Of a stretch of 64,000 nt of DNA, positions 8,552 through 18,518 are shown one piece after another (positions within the stretch are counted from its first letter, which is position 1; each line of letters opens with the position of its first letter). The position numbers and the translations under genes are program-made. The stretch is from assembly GCA_017540455.1 (NCBI GenBank), contig JAFYAZ010000034.1, forward strand, positions 25,146 through 89,145, in the 5' to 3' direction. The notes under the pieces are model-generated. The model made no database searches, had not been told where the DNA came from, and saw only the letters and a program-made list of their open reading frames with translations. Source of the stretch: Bacilli bacterium (GTDB lineage: Bacteria; Bacillota_I; Bacilli_A; RFN20; CAG-826).

Positions 8552-10033
8552 TTATTTAAGAGCTTCTTTGAGGAAGGCGTCGTAGGCTTGCTGGCCTTTT
8601 TCGTCATCTTTGAAGACGGCGACGTTCCTTAAGATATTGCGGCAGACTTGGCCGATATAGGAACCGGCATCTAAAGATGGGTTCTCTTTCATGGCGTTGA
8701 TCATATCCTCAAAGAGAGACATGTCTGGGTATTTCTTGAGGTATTCCTCTTTGCTCAAATTGACCGATTCCTCAACCTCTTTGATTTGTCTCTCCAAACG
8801 GGCTGGGAGGACGAATTCACCCGCGCATTCGATGAGGCCGATGCCCTCTTTCTTGATGGCGTGGTATTCGGGATGGGCGTGGAAAACGCCATCTGGGTAT
8901 TTCTCGTTGGTGATGTTGCAACGTAAGACGATGATGAGCTGATATTCCTCGCCGTTTTTGATCGCGTAGGAAGTTACCGTGTTATGCCTATTGCCATCCG
9001 TCTCATGGAGGATGCCAAGCTCTTCGTTGTCATAGATTCTCCAGGCATTAAGGATCTTCTCACCGAGGTCCATAATCTCTTCTTTGTCTTTGCCAGAGAT
9101 GCGGAGAGTGTTCGTGAAAGAGTCCACTTTTGCGACTTTCGTGCCGGATTTGCTGGTGAAAATGACTTCTTTGTCTTTGGAAGCGAATAGTGGAAGGACT
9201 GGCGAACCGCCTTGGAAATGCTCATGGTTGAGGATGGAGCCACCGACGATTGGGAGGTCGCTATTGCTGCCCATGAAGAAACTTGGGAATTGCTCGACGA
9301 AGGAAAGGAGTCTATCAAAAGTCTTCCTTTCGACCTTCATCGGGATGTGGTCTTCTTTGAAGCAGATGCAATGGTTACGGAAATAGCCGTATGGGGAATA
9401 CTGGAGGTACCATCTCTCCCCTGCTAAATCGAGAGGGACGTATCTGATAGTCATTCTGGCGGCGTGCTTGTCATCGCCATAGAAGCCAATGTTCTCGACA
9501 CAGAGGGCGCACTTTGGATAGTTGGTGGACGCCGTGGTCAAGAGTTTGGCGATGTCTTTGTTGTTCTTCTCTGGCTTAGAGAGGTTGATGGAAAGGGTGA
9601 TGTTTGGGCCATCTTCAAAGGTCATGGTCCAGTCTTTGTTGCGCTCGACCTTGGTTTTCTGGAAGTAGTAATTGCTGGTTCCAAGAGACTTCAAGAACTG
9701 AAGGGCGGTCGCTGGATCGTTCTTTTTGAATTCTTCAAAAGCCCCATTAACAAGGCTTGGGAGAGGAGAGACGATGCCTAAAGCGAAATCGGCTTTTCTT
9801 TCCGCTTCTTTCTCATCGTCGCCACTAAGGAGGCAATGTTCAAAGATCTCGGAGACGATTTCGTCTGGGACTTCCATGCTCTCGATTCTGACTTTATCGA
9901 TTTCTCCTTCGTAAGGCTCATTAGCCCCGAAGAAATGGAGAAGGATATTCGTGAAATAGATCTTGTCGCTATCTAAAAGATAGAGATGCTTTTCAGCATA
10001 GTAAATAAGCTCGGCGATTGTCTTGCTAATCAT
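8552..10033 (-). CDS. galT: galactose-1-phosphate uridylyltransferase (type 2, Gram-positive form)
   Basis: 493 aa. Collinear with streptococcal GalT, including INLSKPEK...NYPKCALCVENIGFYG...LQYSPYGYFRNHCICF...FDRLLSFVEQFPSFFMGSNSDLPIVGGSILNHEHFQGG. Confidence 0.8.
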   Translation of the reverse strand: MISKTIAELIYYAEKHLYLLDSDKIYFTNILLHFFGANEPYEGEIDKVRIESMEVPDEIVSEIFEHCLLSGDDEKEAERKADFALGIVSPLPSLVNGAFEEFKKNDPATALQFLKSLGTSNYYFQKTKVERNKDWTMTFEDGPNITLSINLSKPEKNNKDIAKLLTTASTNYPKCALCVENIGFYGDDKHAARMTIRYVPLDLAGERWYLQYSPYGYFRNHCICFKEDHIPMKVERKTFDRLLSFVEQFPSFFMGSNSDLPIVGGSILNHEHFQGGSPVLPLFASKDKEVIFTSKSGTKVAKVDSFTNTLRISGKDKEEIMDLGEKILNAWRIYDNEELGILHETDGNRHNTVTSYAIKNGEEYQLIIVLRCNITNEKYPDGVFHAHPEYHAIKKEGIGLIECAGEFVLPARLERQIKEVEESVNLSKEEYLKKYPDMSLFEDMINAMKENPSLDAGSYIGQVCRNILRNVAVFKDDEKGQQAYDAFLKEALK

Positions 10034-10058
10034 GATGGTGGCTCCTTTGAGAAAGCAG

Positions 10059-11087
10059 TTACTTTGTTTTGAAGACGTAAGTGATCATATTGACCTGGAT
10101 TCTCCCCTTCTTTTGGAAGGCGCCAGGCTTCACAACGTCAAGATCATCGAAGCGGGGTTCTAAGGCTAAGCCTGAGTATTTCTCCTCTTCGTTCCCGTTG
10201 GTGAGCATTCCGCCCCCTGGGAAGTTATCAGCATAACATGTTATGGCCGGAAAAGTTGTAAAGATTTGCAAAGAGGCGACTGGACTCTCCAAAGTGAGGA
10301 GAGGTTTTTCCATAGGCGTTTTGTCTTTGCGATAGTCGACGCATCTGGCGTTTGTCCTAATGAAAACATGATCAAGGCCACCGGTAGGAAGTTTGGCTAA
10401 ATCCTTGTTTGGGAGGGCTTCATCAAGAGATACACCTTTACGAAAATCGAGATTTGATGGGACTTTGACAAAGTCAGTCGCGATGCAGCCTTCGTCAAAA
10501 AGAGAAACCCTATCGGCATCGAGAGTGAACTTATGGTTCCTGATGTTTTTGTATCCGCCTAGGTTGAAATAAGCGTGATTCGTCAGTCTTGTGTAGGTGT
10601 CTTTGGTTGGTTTGCCGGCGGTGAATTTGATGTCGATGACGTTCTCTTTCTTATGGATGATGTATCTCACGTTGATCATCTGCTCACCTGGTAGGCCTTC
10701 TTCACCGTCTTGGAGCATGTAGAAGAAATCGACCACCGCGCCTACTCTCTTTTCACGGATGTCATAGATCCATGGCTTGTAGCATAGAGCGCCTTTGCCA
10801 GTATGAAGGGTGTTCTTCCCATCGTTTTGGTCGAGATGGTATTCGTTGCCGCTGATGGTGATCTTCGCGTCTTTGACTCTGCCAGCGATTCTGCCGACCG
10901 TCTTGCCGAAGTAAGAACGGGTGTACATCCACTTCTCGAAGTCTTTGCATGCGATGGTCATCGGCTTGTCATTGATTCTGATTTCATAAATGGAAGCGCC
11001 GAAATCGCAGAGGGTGACCTCCATTCCGGCGTCATTTCTAATGACGACCATGCGGCAACGGCTATTCATCGTCTCGCCTATTTGCAT
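10059..11087 (-). CDS. galM: aldose 1-epimerase (galactose mutarotase)
   Basis: 342 aa with an aldose epimerase fold. There is a strong RBS (TGGAGGCTGACCC-ATG) at the 11087 start. It overlaps the 3' end of the upstream adh by 10 nt. It is co-oriented with galT. Confidence 0.75.
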   Translation of the reverse strand: MQIGETMNSRCRMVVIRNDAGMEVTLCDFGASIYEIRINDKPMTIACKDFEKWMYTRSYFGKTVGRIAGRVKDAKITISGNEYHLDQNDGKNTLHTGKGALCYKPWIYDIREKRVGAVVDFFYMLQDGEEGLPGEQMINVRYIIHKKENVIDIKFTAGKPTKDTYTRLTNHAYFNLGGYKNIRNHKFTLDADRVSLFDEGCIATDFVKVPSNLDFRKGVSLDEALPNKDLAKLPTGGLDHVFIRTNARCVDYRKDKTPMEKPLLTLESPVASLQIFTTFPAITCYADNFPGGGMLTNGNEEEKYSGLALEPRFDDLDVVKPGAFQKKGRIQVNMITYVFKTK

Positions 11088-12313
11088 GATGGGTCAGCCT
11101 CCATATAAATGGCTTTGAGCTCTTCTGCTCCGAGGATTTTCGGGACAGGATAGAGAGGGTTGGCTTCGTGGAGGGCAGCCTTCACAAGGTCATCGAGATC
11201 TTCCTTCTTGATGAGGTTATCGAAATGGGCTGGGATGCCAAGAGAGAACTTGAGCATCTTGATGTAATCGATGAAGGCTTGAGCGGCCTTATCAGTCTTC
11301 GATTCTGGATGGACGATTTCGATGAGTTTGGCCAAATCCGCAAGCTTTTTGTGGGCCTTTTTGCCATAAGCCTCAAGGACATATGGAAGAAGGACGGCAT
11401 TAGCAAAGCCATGTGGGACGTTATATTTGCCACCGATCGCATGGGCCAAGGCGTGGACATATCCGACGTATGAGCGGGTGAAAGCGACGCCTGCTAAATA
11501 TGAGCCAAAGATCATGTTCTTGCCTGCTGCGAGATTATGTGGGTCTTGGTACAGACCAAGAAGGTTGTGGTAAATGATGTTGACAGCGTAGAGAGCGCAC
11601 TTCTTCGTTTTCCTGGTGAGGGCGTTTCCGATATAGGCCTCAACCGCATGCGTCAAAGCGTCCATGCCGGTCGCGGCAATCATCTTTGGAGGAAGGGTTT
11701 CTAGGAGGGTCTCGTCGAGAATCGCATAATCAGGGACGAGCTTAGGGTCGTTGATTGCGTATTTGCTCCTTGTGGCTGGGTCGATGATGACCGCGGCGAC
11801 AGTTGCCTCGCTTCCCGTTCCGGCGGTCGTTGGGATGGCGATTAGGCAAGGGTATTTCTTCTTGACCTTGAAGAGGCCTTTGAGGGAAGAGATGTCTTTG
11901 GTGTCGTTAGAGATGCAAGCACCGATGATCTTGGCGACATCGATCGCTGAACCACCACCGAAAGCGATGATCGAATCGGTCCCGTTTTCTTTGACTGCGT
12001 CGATGGCAGGAAGCACGGAGTTAAAGGTTGGGTTAGGCTCAACTCCGTAGTAGATGGAATATTTAAGGCCTTTTTGCTCTAACTGATCGGTCAAAGGGCC
12101 CATCTTTCCGATTTGCTCTAAGATTGGGTCGGCGACGATGAGAGGCTTCTTATATCCGTTCTCAGCGAGAATCTCCGCTGCCCTGACATAAAAAGCAGGT
12201 CCTTTGAGGGTTTTTGGTTCCGGGAACTTGATGAAAGGCATCCCGATTTTGTTCATGACGAACTGAGTGGTGCGATACCAGGCTACTTTGAAAATATTCA
12301 TATCTTTGAGCAT
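11078..12313 (-). CDS. iron-containing (group III) alcohol dehydrogenase
   Basis: 411 aa. GGGSAIDVAKII NAD-binding motif and His-rich metal site (HALAHAIGGKYNVPHG). Confidence 0.75.
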   Translation of the reverse strand: MLKDMNIFKVAWYRTTQFVMNKIGMPFIKFPEPKTLKGPAFYVRAAEILAENGYKKPLIVADPILEQIGKMGPLTDQLEQKGLKYSIYYGVEPNPTFNSVLPAIDAVKENGTDSIIAFGGGSAIDVAKIIGACISNDTKDISSLKGLFKVKKKYPCLIAIPTTAGTGSEATVAAVIIDPATRSKYAINDPKLVPDYAILDETLLETLPPKMIAATGMDALTHAVEAYIGNALTRKTKKCALYAVNIIYHNLLGLYQDPHNLAAGKNMIFGSYLAGVAFTRSYVGYVHALAHAIGGKYNVPHGFANAVLLPYVLEAYGKKAHKKLADLAKLIEIVHPESKTDKAAQAFIDYIKMLKFSLGIPAHFDNLIKKEDLDDLVKAALHEANPLYPVPKILGAEELKAIYMEADPSCK

Positions 12314-12352
12314 ATTGTAAACCTTTAAAGGGTTTAATGCATTCTCAAAGCA

Positions 12353-13840
12353 CTACGCGTTTCTTAAAGCAAGTTTGTTATCGATCTCGGCAAAAGCCTT
12401 TTTGTTGTAGATAGGAAGGATTGGGACGTAGGCAAGGATGGAAAGAATCCAGCTGACAGGCCAGCAACCCCAAAGGAAGATAAGACTATGGATTTCAGGG
12501 ATATTTCTCCAGAAGAAGGTGATGAAGACGATTCTGAAGAGGGTGATGAAAAGGACGCTGTTGATGGTTGGGGTCTTTGAGTGACCTAAGCCCCTAAGGT
12601 AATAGGAACAGACATCCATGTAACCATCAAGGACGTAGGTAAGGCCAACGAGGGTGATGCGCATAGTGCCGACTTCAAGGGCTTTTTCAAAGGAATTCGC
12701 TAGGAATACTCCCGATTCATCGGTGAAAGCCTCAGGAGAGATAAATAAGCCAATGAGCTGATAACGGAGCAAATATGAGATAAGGCCTAAGGAAAGACCG
12801 ACGATCGTCTCATACATAATCGAAATCCAGAAGACCTTCTTGAGGTTCTCTTTCTTAAGAGCCCCATAGTTCTGCGAGATGATTGAGGATACGGCGACCG
12901 CAAAGCTATTCATAGCAATCCAGATATAGTGCTCAATCTGAATTGAGGCAGTGTTCCCTGCCACCGCAACATCGCTTGGCATGTCAGCGGTCGAGAAACC
13001 ATTAACACCAGCTTGGATGAAGATGTTTGAGAAAGAGAAAACGAATGACTGGATGCCGGCAGGGATACCGTTTTTGAGGATTTCCTTGGTCTCTTTCTTG
13101 TAGATGGTCCAATCCTTCCAGGAGAAGACCGCGAATGATTCTTTGTTATGCGAGAGGAAGAAAAGGATGAGAAGGGCTTCTAAGAACTCAGCGATGACGG
13201 TTGTGATGGCAACACCTACGACATCGAGGTTAAAGACCATGACGAAGAGGAAGTTAAGGCCGATATTGACGATGCCACAGATAAGCAAAACATAGAGAGG
13301 GCGCTTGGAATCGCCCATGCCCCTAAGGAGAGCGGAGCCGAAATTGAAGACCATCAAGAATGGCATGCCGAGGAAGTAAATGCGAAGATAGGCGATGGCT
13401 TTGTCGATATAGAGGTCCGGCGTCTGCATTAACTCCAAAAGAGCCGGGGCGACAAACCAGGCTGCAATAGCGAGGAAGACACCCGAGAACAAAGAAATGA
13501 TGACGGAACTTTGAACGGTTCTCCGAGCGGTCTCTTTGTCATTCATTCCCCTGGCTTTGGCGATGACGACGTTGGCACCTACTGATATGCCGACGAAGAG
13601 ACCGATGATGAGGTTGATGAGAGCGCTGTTGCTCCCAACCGCGTTCATCGAGGTATATCCACCGCCGAAATTGGAGACAACCAATTGGTCGACGGAGCTA
13701 TAGAACATCTGGAGGAAGGAAAGAAGAACCATCGGGATGGCATATAAAGGAATGGTCACGAAAAAATTGCCTTCCGTGAGGTTAAACTGACCGCTGAAGA
13801 TGCGGTGAAGTTTTTGGCTAAAGGACTCTTTTTTCTCCAC
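12353..13840 (-). CDS. MATE family efflux transporter
   Basis: 495 aa, about 12 TM helices, bipartite MatE-like organisation. Confidence 0.7.
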   Translation of the reverse strand: MEKKESFSQKLHRIFSGQFNLTEGNFFVTIPLYAIPMVLLSFLQMFYSSVDQLVVSNFGGGYTSMNAVGSNSALINLIIGLFVGISVGANVVIAKARGMNDKETARRTVQSSVIISLFSGVFLAIAAWFVAPALLELMQTPDLYIDKAIAYLRIYFLGMPFLMVFNFGSALLRGMGDSKRPLYVLLICGIVNIGLNFLFVMVFNLDVVGVAITTVIAEFLEALLILFFLSHNKESFAVFSWKDWTIYKKETKEILKNGIPAGIQSFVFSFSNIFIQAGVNGFSTADMPSDVAVAGNTASIQIEHYIWIAMNSFAVAVSSIISQNYGALKKENLKKVFWISIMYETIVGLSLGLISYLLRYQLIGLFISPEAFTDESGVFLANSFEKALEVGTMRITLVGLTYVLDGYMDVCSYYLRGLGHSKTPTINSVLFITLFRIVFITFFWRNIPEIHSLIFLWGCWPVSWILSILAYVPILPIYNKKAFAEIDNKLALRNA

Positions 13841-13917
13841 GAGGACATATTCTAGTTATTTCTAGGATAAATTCCTAGAAGAATGCGTTTCCTCTATTCC
13901 GATGAGCGATTGCCAAA

Positions 13918-13962
13918 AACAAAAAATCCCCCGCGTTTTGCAAGGGATTTTTTAATTTTATG
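13918..13962 (-). terminator. rho-independent terminator (nested hairpins) after the zinc-ribbon gene
   Basis: AAAAAATCCC-ccgcgttttgcaa-GGGATTTTTT. An outer CCCCCGC...GCGGGGG pairing is also possible. Confidence 0.5.
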
Positions 13963-13977
13963 CAGGTTTTGCGGGGG

Positions 13978-14385
13978 TTATTGGCCGTAGGTGTCAAGAT
14001 CTCTGATAATCATCATGACGCCGGCGACCGGAATGCCCATGAAGATAATTGAGCAAACGGAGAGGACGAGGCCATAAGGCTCTTTGCTGTCGGCTCTCTT
14101 ATAGGCCGCCATGGTCATTGGGACCATCCAGATGAGAGGGATGATGGCAAAGCCAAAGAGGATGGTTGGGATGAGCATGAAAATCTTGATGAGGGTGTCG
14201 AGCTCTCTCTTGGTCGATTCGTTGATTATCTTCTTTTTGCCTTCTGGTTTTGGTTCATCGACGACATCATCATATTCGCCTGGTCTCTCGCCGTATTCGT
14301 CTTCTTGGAGAAGGACTCCGCAGTGTGGGCAGAACTTATTTCCTCTGCCAACTTCTTTACCGCAATGGTGGCAATAGTAGCTCAT
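13978..14385 (-). CDS. zinc-ribbon domain membrane protein
   Basis: ORF 13978..14424. The start at MSYYCHHCGKEVGRGNKFCPHCG (14385) forms an ATGA overlap with the stop of the upstream ORF. Two C-terminal TM helices. Confidence 0.55.
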   Translation of the reverse strand: MSYYCHHCGKEVGRGNKFCPHCGVLLQEDEYGERPGEYDDVVDEPKPEGKKKIINESTKRELDTLIKIFMLIPTILFGFAIIPLIWMVPMTMAAYKRADSKEPYGLVLSVCSIIFMGIPVAGVMMIIRDLDTYGQ

Positions 14386-15146
14386 TTGTTTACCTCTTTT
14401 TTGTTTTCGTATGGGGCAGTCCAATCGATGCCCTCCTTAAGGAGAAGCTGACGTTTCTTGATGTTGTAATTCTCAAGAGTGAACTCATTCATGTGAGCGT
14501 CAAAATACCCCTTCAGCGCTATATTAACCCTATCGATTATTTTTGGGAAGAGAGGGTTGCTCTCTATTGGGTCATGGACCATCTCCGGTTCTTTTTTCTC
14601 AAGATCGAAGAGCTTCTTGCCGGTCTCTAAACCGAACATCATGATGAGAGATTCATAGGTTGGGAAGAGGTCTTTCCTTTGCTCTTCTGGATACCTCCAA
14701 ATTAGGCGTATTTCCTTTTCTTTGGCGGATAAGGCATCCTCTTTGGCCATGGTTTGGAAAGCGTAATAAGAGGCTTCGTCATAGCACTGCCTCTCCTTTT
14801 CGATATCCTCAAGATAGTCAAAGGCTTCCGCGACTTTGAGATAAGAGATGCGAAGCTCTTCTTTGGTGAAAGTGTCTTTTCTTGTCTCAAGGAGCTTAAA
14901 GGCTTCGTTGACGGCGTCTCTCCCCTTCCATGGCTCTAAAGCATTATTGACTGAATGGAAATAAAGAAGATCGAGAGCAATAAGCTCACCGAATGATTCG
15001 ACTTTGTTTTCTTTTAGAAGCTGTTCCCTGAAAGAAAGGACGAACTGAGAAAGGTCTGCTCTCTTGTCCTTCATGATTTTCTCAAAGAGATATAAGTATG
15101 AGGATTTGATTTCCTCTTCATTATTCGTATCGATCTTTTTCTTCAT
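14382..15146 (-). CDS. hypothetical all-alpha (TPR-like?) cytoplasmic protein
   Basis: 254 aa, charged helical repeats and no TM segments. Translationally coupled (ATGA) to the zinc-ribbon membrane protein. Confidence 0.5.
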   Translation of the reverse strand: MKKKIDTNNEEEIKSSYLYLFEKIMKDKRADLSQFVLSFREQLLKENKVESFGELIALDLLYFHSVNNALEPWKGRDAVNEAFKLLETRKDTFTKEELRISYLKVAEAFDYLEDIEKERQCYDEASYYAFQTMAKEDALSAKEKEIRLIWRYPEEQRKDLFPTYESLIMMFGLETGKKLFDLEKKEPEMVHDPIESNPLFPKIIDRVNIALKGYFDAHMNEFTLENYNIKKRQLLLKEGIDWTAPYENKKEVNK

Positions 15147-15262
15147 AACTAAACCCTAGATAGTATCGGTTTCCGATTCTTTATTTGCAAGTCATCATGA
15201 AAACTGGCTCGGTTTTTTATATATCATTTGATATATTTCCCAAAAATCCTCACAATTTAGAT

Positions 15263-16960
15263 ATGAATAAGATTAAACGCAACATACTATTGATCGGCCT
15301 TGTGTCATCATTCTCTCTTCTTGGGGCGGCTTCTTTGCCTATTTCTAGCTCTGAAACCCCTTCAGGACCAAGATATGAGACCAAGCTTCCGACCACGATT
15401 GATCTAAACGACTCCACCGAAGCGGAGATCAGGGACTACTACTCAAGCCTCAATCCATTAGAGGCTTCCGAAAGAAACGGAAACAACCTCCTTAAGAACC
15501 TCAAGCCAATCCTTCAGGATTTCGACTACTATACCTACGACAACGTCTGGAAGATCTACGAGATCACCGACAGAGACTGGAACCTTTCCCCTGCCGCCTC
15601 GGATAACGCCAACGGAATCACTTACGATTCCTCAACGAACACATATACAAAGTATTCCTACCTCTCTAACGCCAAATCGGACGCCGCATCAAACCCTTAC
15701 GTCCATACCCTCTACAGGAACGTGGATGAGAATGGCTCAATCGTTGAGGCAGGCCGCATCAAAGAATGGGGCGACCATAATGCGAGCGGCACGAACAGAG
15801 AGCACGTCTGGTGCCAGTCAAGAGGCTTCAAGGCCCCGTCGGGTGCTGAAGGCCCAGCCGGAACCGACGTCCACCACCTCATCTCAGGCGATGGCTTGGT
15901 CAACCAGTCCTACCACAACAACAACCCATACGGTTTCGTCAAGAAAGACGACGCCTCAACAAAAAACGCCGGAGACCAGAAAGCCTGGTTAAATGGCAAT
16001 TACCTTGGACCTCAGCTCCATACGCATAGCGAAGACCAGGCTAACGTGGTCTTTGAGCCACAGGACAGCGACAAAGGCGATATCGCCCGCGCTCTCTTCT
16101 ACATGGCTGCCTGCTATAACAACTTCTCAGGCACCGACATCATCACCGACTACAACCCTAACCTCCTTCTCGTCGATTACGCGACCGACAATGGAGCGGC
16201 TGAATCATCTAGCGCCACCCACCCTGTCTGCATGGGAATCCTTAGCGATCTCCTTGAGTGGCACAAGATGGATCCGGTTGATGAATATGAGATCCATAGA
16301 AACAACCTAATTTACAAAAACTTCCAGCATAACCGCAATCCTTTCATCGATTTCCCTGAATGGGTCGATGTGGTTTGGGGCAACAAAGCCAATCTATCCG
16401 CTAACCCTGCTACCGATAAAATCTCTTCAGGACAAAAAGGTCCTATCACCGTTACCCCTTCCACGCTTGAATTCAATCTTGATGAAGCCGACACCAGAAA
16501 AGAGGGAATCATCAAAGTCAAAGCCGACATCGATGATGAACTCGTTTGCGAAGTCAAAGACGAAACCCTAATCGAAGTCTTAAGAACCGGAACCTATACA
16601 ACCGACGGCATCAACGAAACCCACTATAACGTCATAGCCAAAGGTAAGACAGGTTCGACAACCATCACCTTCAAAGGTCACAAAGACGGACAAGAAGTCA
16701 GCGCGACCTGCACAGTGACAATTCACGAAACCGAAAAGACGCCTGAGCCTGAAGAACCGAAAAACCCATTCATTGAAGCGCTTAGAGGCGTCTTCGGCGA
16801 TGCGGCAGAGACCGTCTTTGCCATCATCATCGTCGTCATTGTGGTCATCGTTCTTGCAATTCTCATCCTCGCCCTTTTGATGATGAGCAAAAAGAACAGG
16901 AAAAAAGTCATCAAGAAAGCAACCAAAGCCGTTAAGAAAAGCTACAAAAGGAGGAAGTAG
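15263..16960 (+). CDS. extracellular endonuclease I-family nuclease with Ig-like domain and C-terminal TM anchor
   Basis: ORF 15185..16960 begins with TTG in the track, so the start is placed at the ATG at 15263. Signal peptide MNKIKRNILLIGLVSSFSLLGAAS. Endonuclease_1-like motifs (EHVWCQS...DVHHLISGDG...NQSYHNNNPYG). A Big-like segment is followed by a hydrophobic C-terminal anchor and a KR-rich tail (IIIVVIVVIVLAILILALLMMSKKNRKK). Confidence 0.65.
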   Translation: MNKIKRNILLIGLVSSFSLLGAASLPISSSETPSGPRYETKLPTTIDLNDSTEAEIRDYYSSLNPLEASERNGNNLLKNLKPILQDFDYYTYDNVWKIYEITDRDWNLSPAASDNANGITYDSSTNTYTKYSYLSNAKSDAASNPYVHTLYRNVDENGSIVEAGRIKEWGDHNASGTNREHVWCQSRGFKAPSGAEGPAGTDVHHLISGDGLVNQSYHNNNPYGFVKKDDASTKNAGDQKAWLNGNYLGPQLHTHSEDQANVVFEPQDSDKGDIARALFYMAACYNNFSGTDIITDYNPNLLLVDYATDNGAAESSSATHPVCMGILSDLLEWHKMDPVDEYEIHRNNLIYKNFQHNRNPFIDFPEWVDVVWGNKANLSANPATDKISSGQKGPITVTPSTLEFNLDEADTRKEGIIKVKADIDDELVCEVKDETLIEVLRTGTYTTDGINETHYNVIAKGKTGSTTITFKGHKDGQEVSATCTVTIHETEKTPEPEEPKNPFIEALRGVFGDAAETVFAIIIVVIVVIVLAILILALLMMSKKNRKKVIKKATKAVKKSYKRRK

Positions 16961-16962
16961 AA

Positions 16963-18477
16963 ATGGCCATTGAAGTCACCCCTTATATCCCAAACGAAGA
17001 TTACGACAACCCAGCGATGGTCGTCGATTTCTATGAGTTCGCGATGGCGAATTCCCTTTTCCTTCACGGATACAAAGACTCCGTGATGGTCTTCGACATG
17101 TTCTTCCGCGAGAACCCAGATAACCTTGGTTATGCGATCTCTTGCGGACAGGCCAAGCTCACCAAATTCCTTCTCAACTACCACTTCAACGAAGAAGACC
17201 TTATCTATCTCCGTGGCAAAGGAATGTCAGAGGAATTCCTTGAGTGCCTTCGCACCTACAGATGGAAAGGCGATATGTATGCGCTCAAAGAAGGATGCGT
17301 CGCCTATCCTCAGGTCCCAATGGTCAGGATCGAATGCGACATGATCGGCGCGATCCTTATCGAGACCTATCTCCTTCAAACCATGAACTTCCACTCTCTT
17401 ATCGCCACCAAAGCGACGAGAATCTCCGGTCTTTCCTCTGGAAAAGAGAGGTCGGTCATGGAATTCGGCACCAGACGCGCCCAAGGCGAAAGCGCAGGAA
17501 ACGATGGCGCATACGCCGCGGTTCTTGGCGGCTGCATCGGCACCGCTAACTGCTTGGCCGAAATGAAATACGGACCAGAGGTCAAGGCCGTCGGAACGAT
17601 CGCCCACTCCTTCATCGAATTTTTCCCGGATGAGCTTAGCGCCTTCCGTGCCTATGCTGAGACCTATCCAAATAACGTCTCCTTGCTCCTTGATACCTAT
17701 AGCGTCTTCGATTCTGGCCTTCCAAACCTCATCAAACTCGACGACGAACTCATCAAGAAGTATCCAAACGACCCAAATAAGAGGGTCAAATCCGCCCGTG
17801 TCGATTCTGGCGACCTCGCTAGAAGCTACAAGAGGCTCAGAAAAGCCCTCGATGCCGCTGGAAAGAGCTATGTTAAGCTCATCGCCTCCAATTCTCTCGA
17901 TGAGAGAAAGATCATGAACATGGAGGTTTATGAAGAGGCCAAGTTCGACGCCTATGGCGTTGGCGAGAACCTCATCACCTCCGCTACAGACCCTGTCCTT
18001 GGTGGTGTTTATAAGCTTGTCGCAGTCAAGAATGCCGATGGCTCATACACTCCGAAGATGAAATGCTCTGACTCCTCGGTCAAAGCCATCATCCCTGGAA
18101 AACTCATGGCCTACCGCATCTTTGATGAGAACGGCCAAGGCCAATGCGACCTCATCACCTTCGACGATGAAATCGTTGAAGAAGGCAAACCTGTCACCGT
18201 TTACGATTTCGACCCAACCTCCTTCAAGAGACAGAGGGTCATCACCCCTCTTAAAGTCGAGAAGCTTCTTGTCCCATTCATCATTGGTGGCAAGTTAGCA
18301 GGCCCTCTCCCATCGATCAGCGAGAAGAAGGCTTACATCAAAGACCAGCTTGAGAATAAGGTCTGGAAATCGGAGCTTAGGCCTGAATTGCCTCATGTCC
18401 ACTATGTGGATCTTAGCGAAAGGGTCTATAAAGTCCGTACCGAGCTATACGAAAAACTCCACGGCGGAAAGATCTAA
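16963..18477 (+). CDS. pncB: nicotinate phosphoribosyltransferase
   Basis: 504 aa. NAPRTase family N- and C-terminal domains; the start is 3 nt after the nuclease stop. Confidence 0.85.
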   Translation: MAIEVTPYIPNEDYDNPAMVVDFYEFAMANSLFLHGYKDSVMVFDMFFRENPDNLGYAISCGQAKLTKFLLNYHFNEEDLIYLRGKGMSEEFLECLRTYRWKGDMYALKEGCVAYPQVPMVRIECDMIGAILIETYLLQTMNFHSLIATKATRISGLSSGKERSVMEFGTRRAQGESAGNDGAYAAVLGGCIGTANCLAEMKYGPEVKAVGTIAHSFIEFFPDELSAFRAYAETYPNNVSLLLDTYSVFDSGLPNLIKLDDELIKKYPNDPNKRVKSARVDSGDLARSYKRLRKALDAAGKSYVKLIASNSLDERKIMNMEVYEEAKFDAYGVGENLITSATDPVLGGVYKLVAVKNADGSYTPKMKCSDSSVKAIIPGKLMAYRIFDENGQGQCDLITFDDEIVEEGKPVTVYDFDPTSFKRQRVITPLKVEKLLVPFIIGGKLAGPLPSISEKKAYIKDQLENKVWKSELRPELPHVHYVDLSERVYKVRTELYEKLHGGKI

Positions 18478-18490
18478 ATCATTATGAAAA

Positions 18491-18518
18491 AGGCCTGCAT
18501 CTGCAGGTCTTTTTTTAT
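18491..18518. terminator. bidirectional rho-independent terminator between pncB and the convergent FtsX gene
   Basis: AAAAAGGCCTGCATCTGCAGGTCTTTTTTTATT. Confidence 0.7.
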
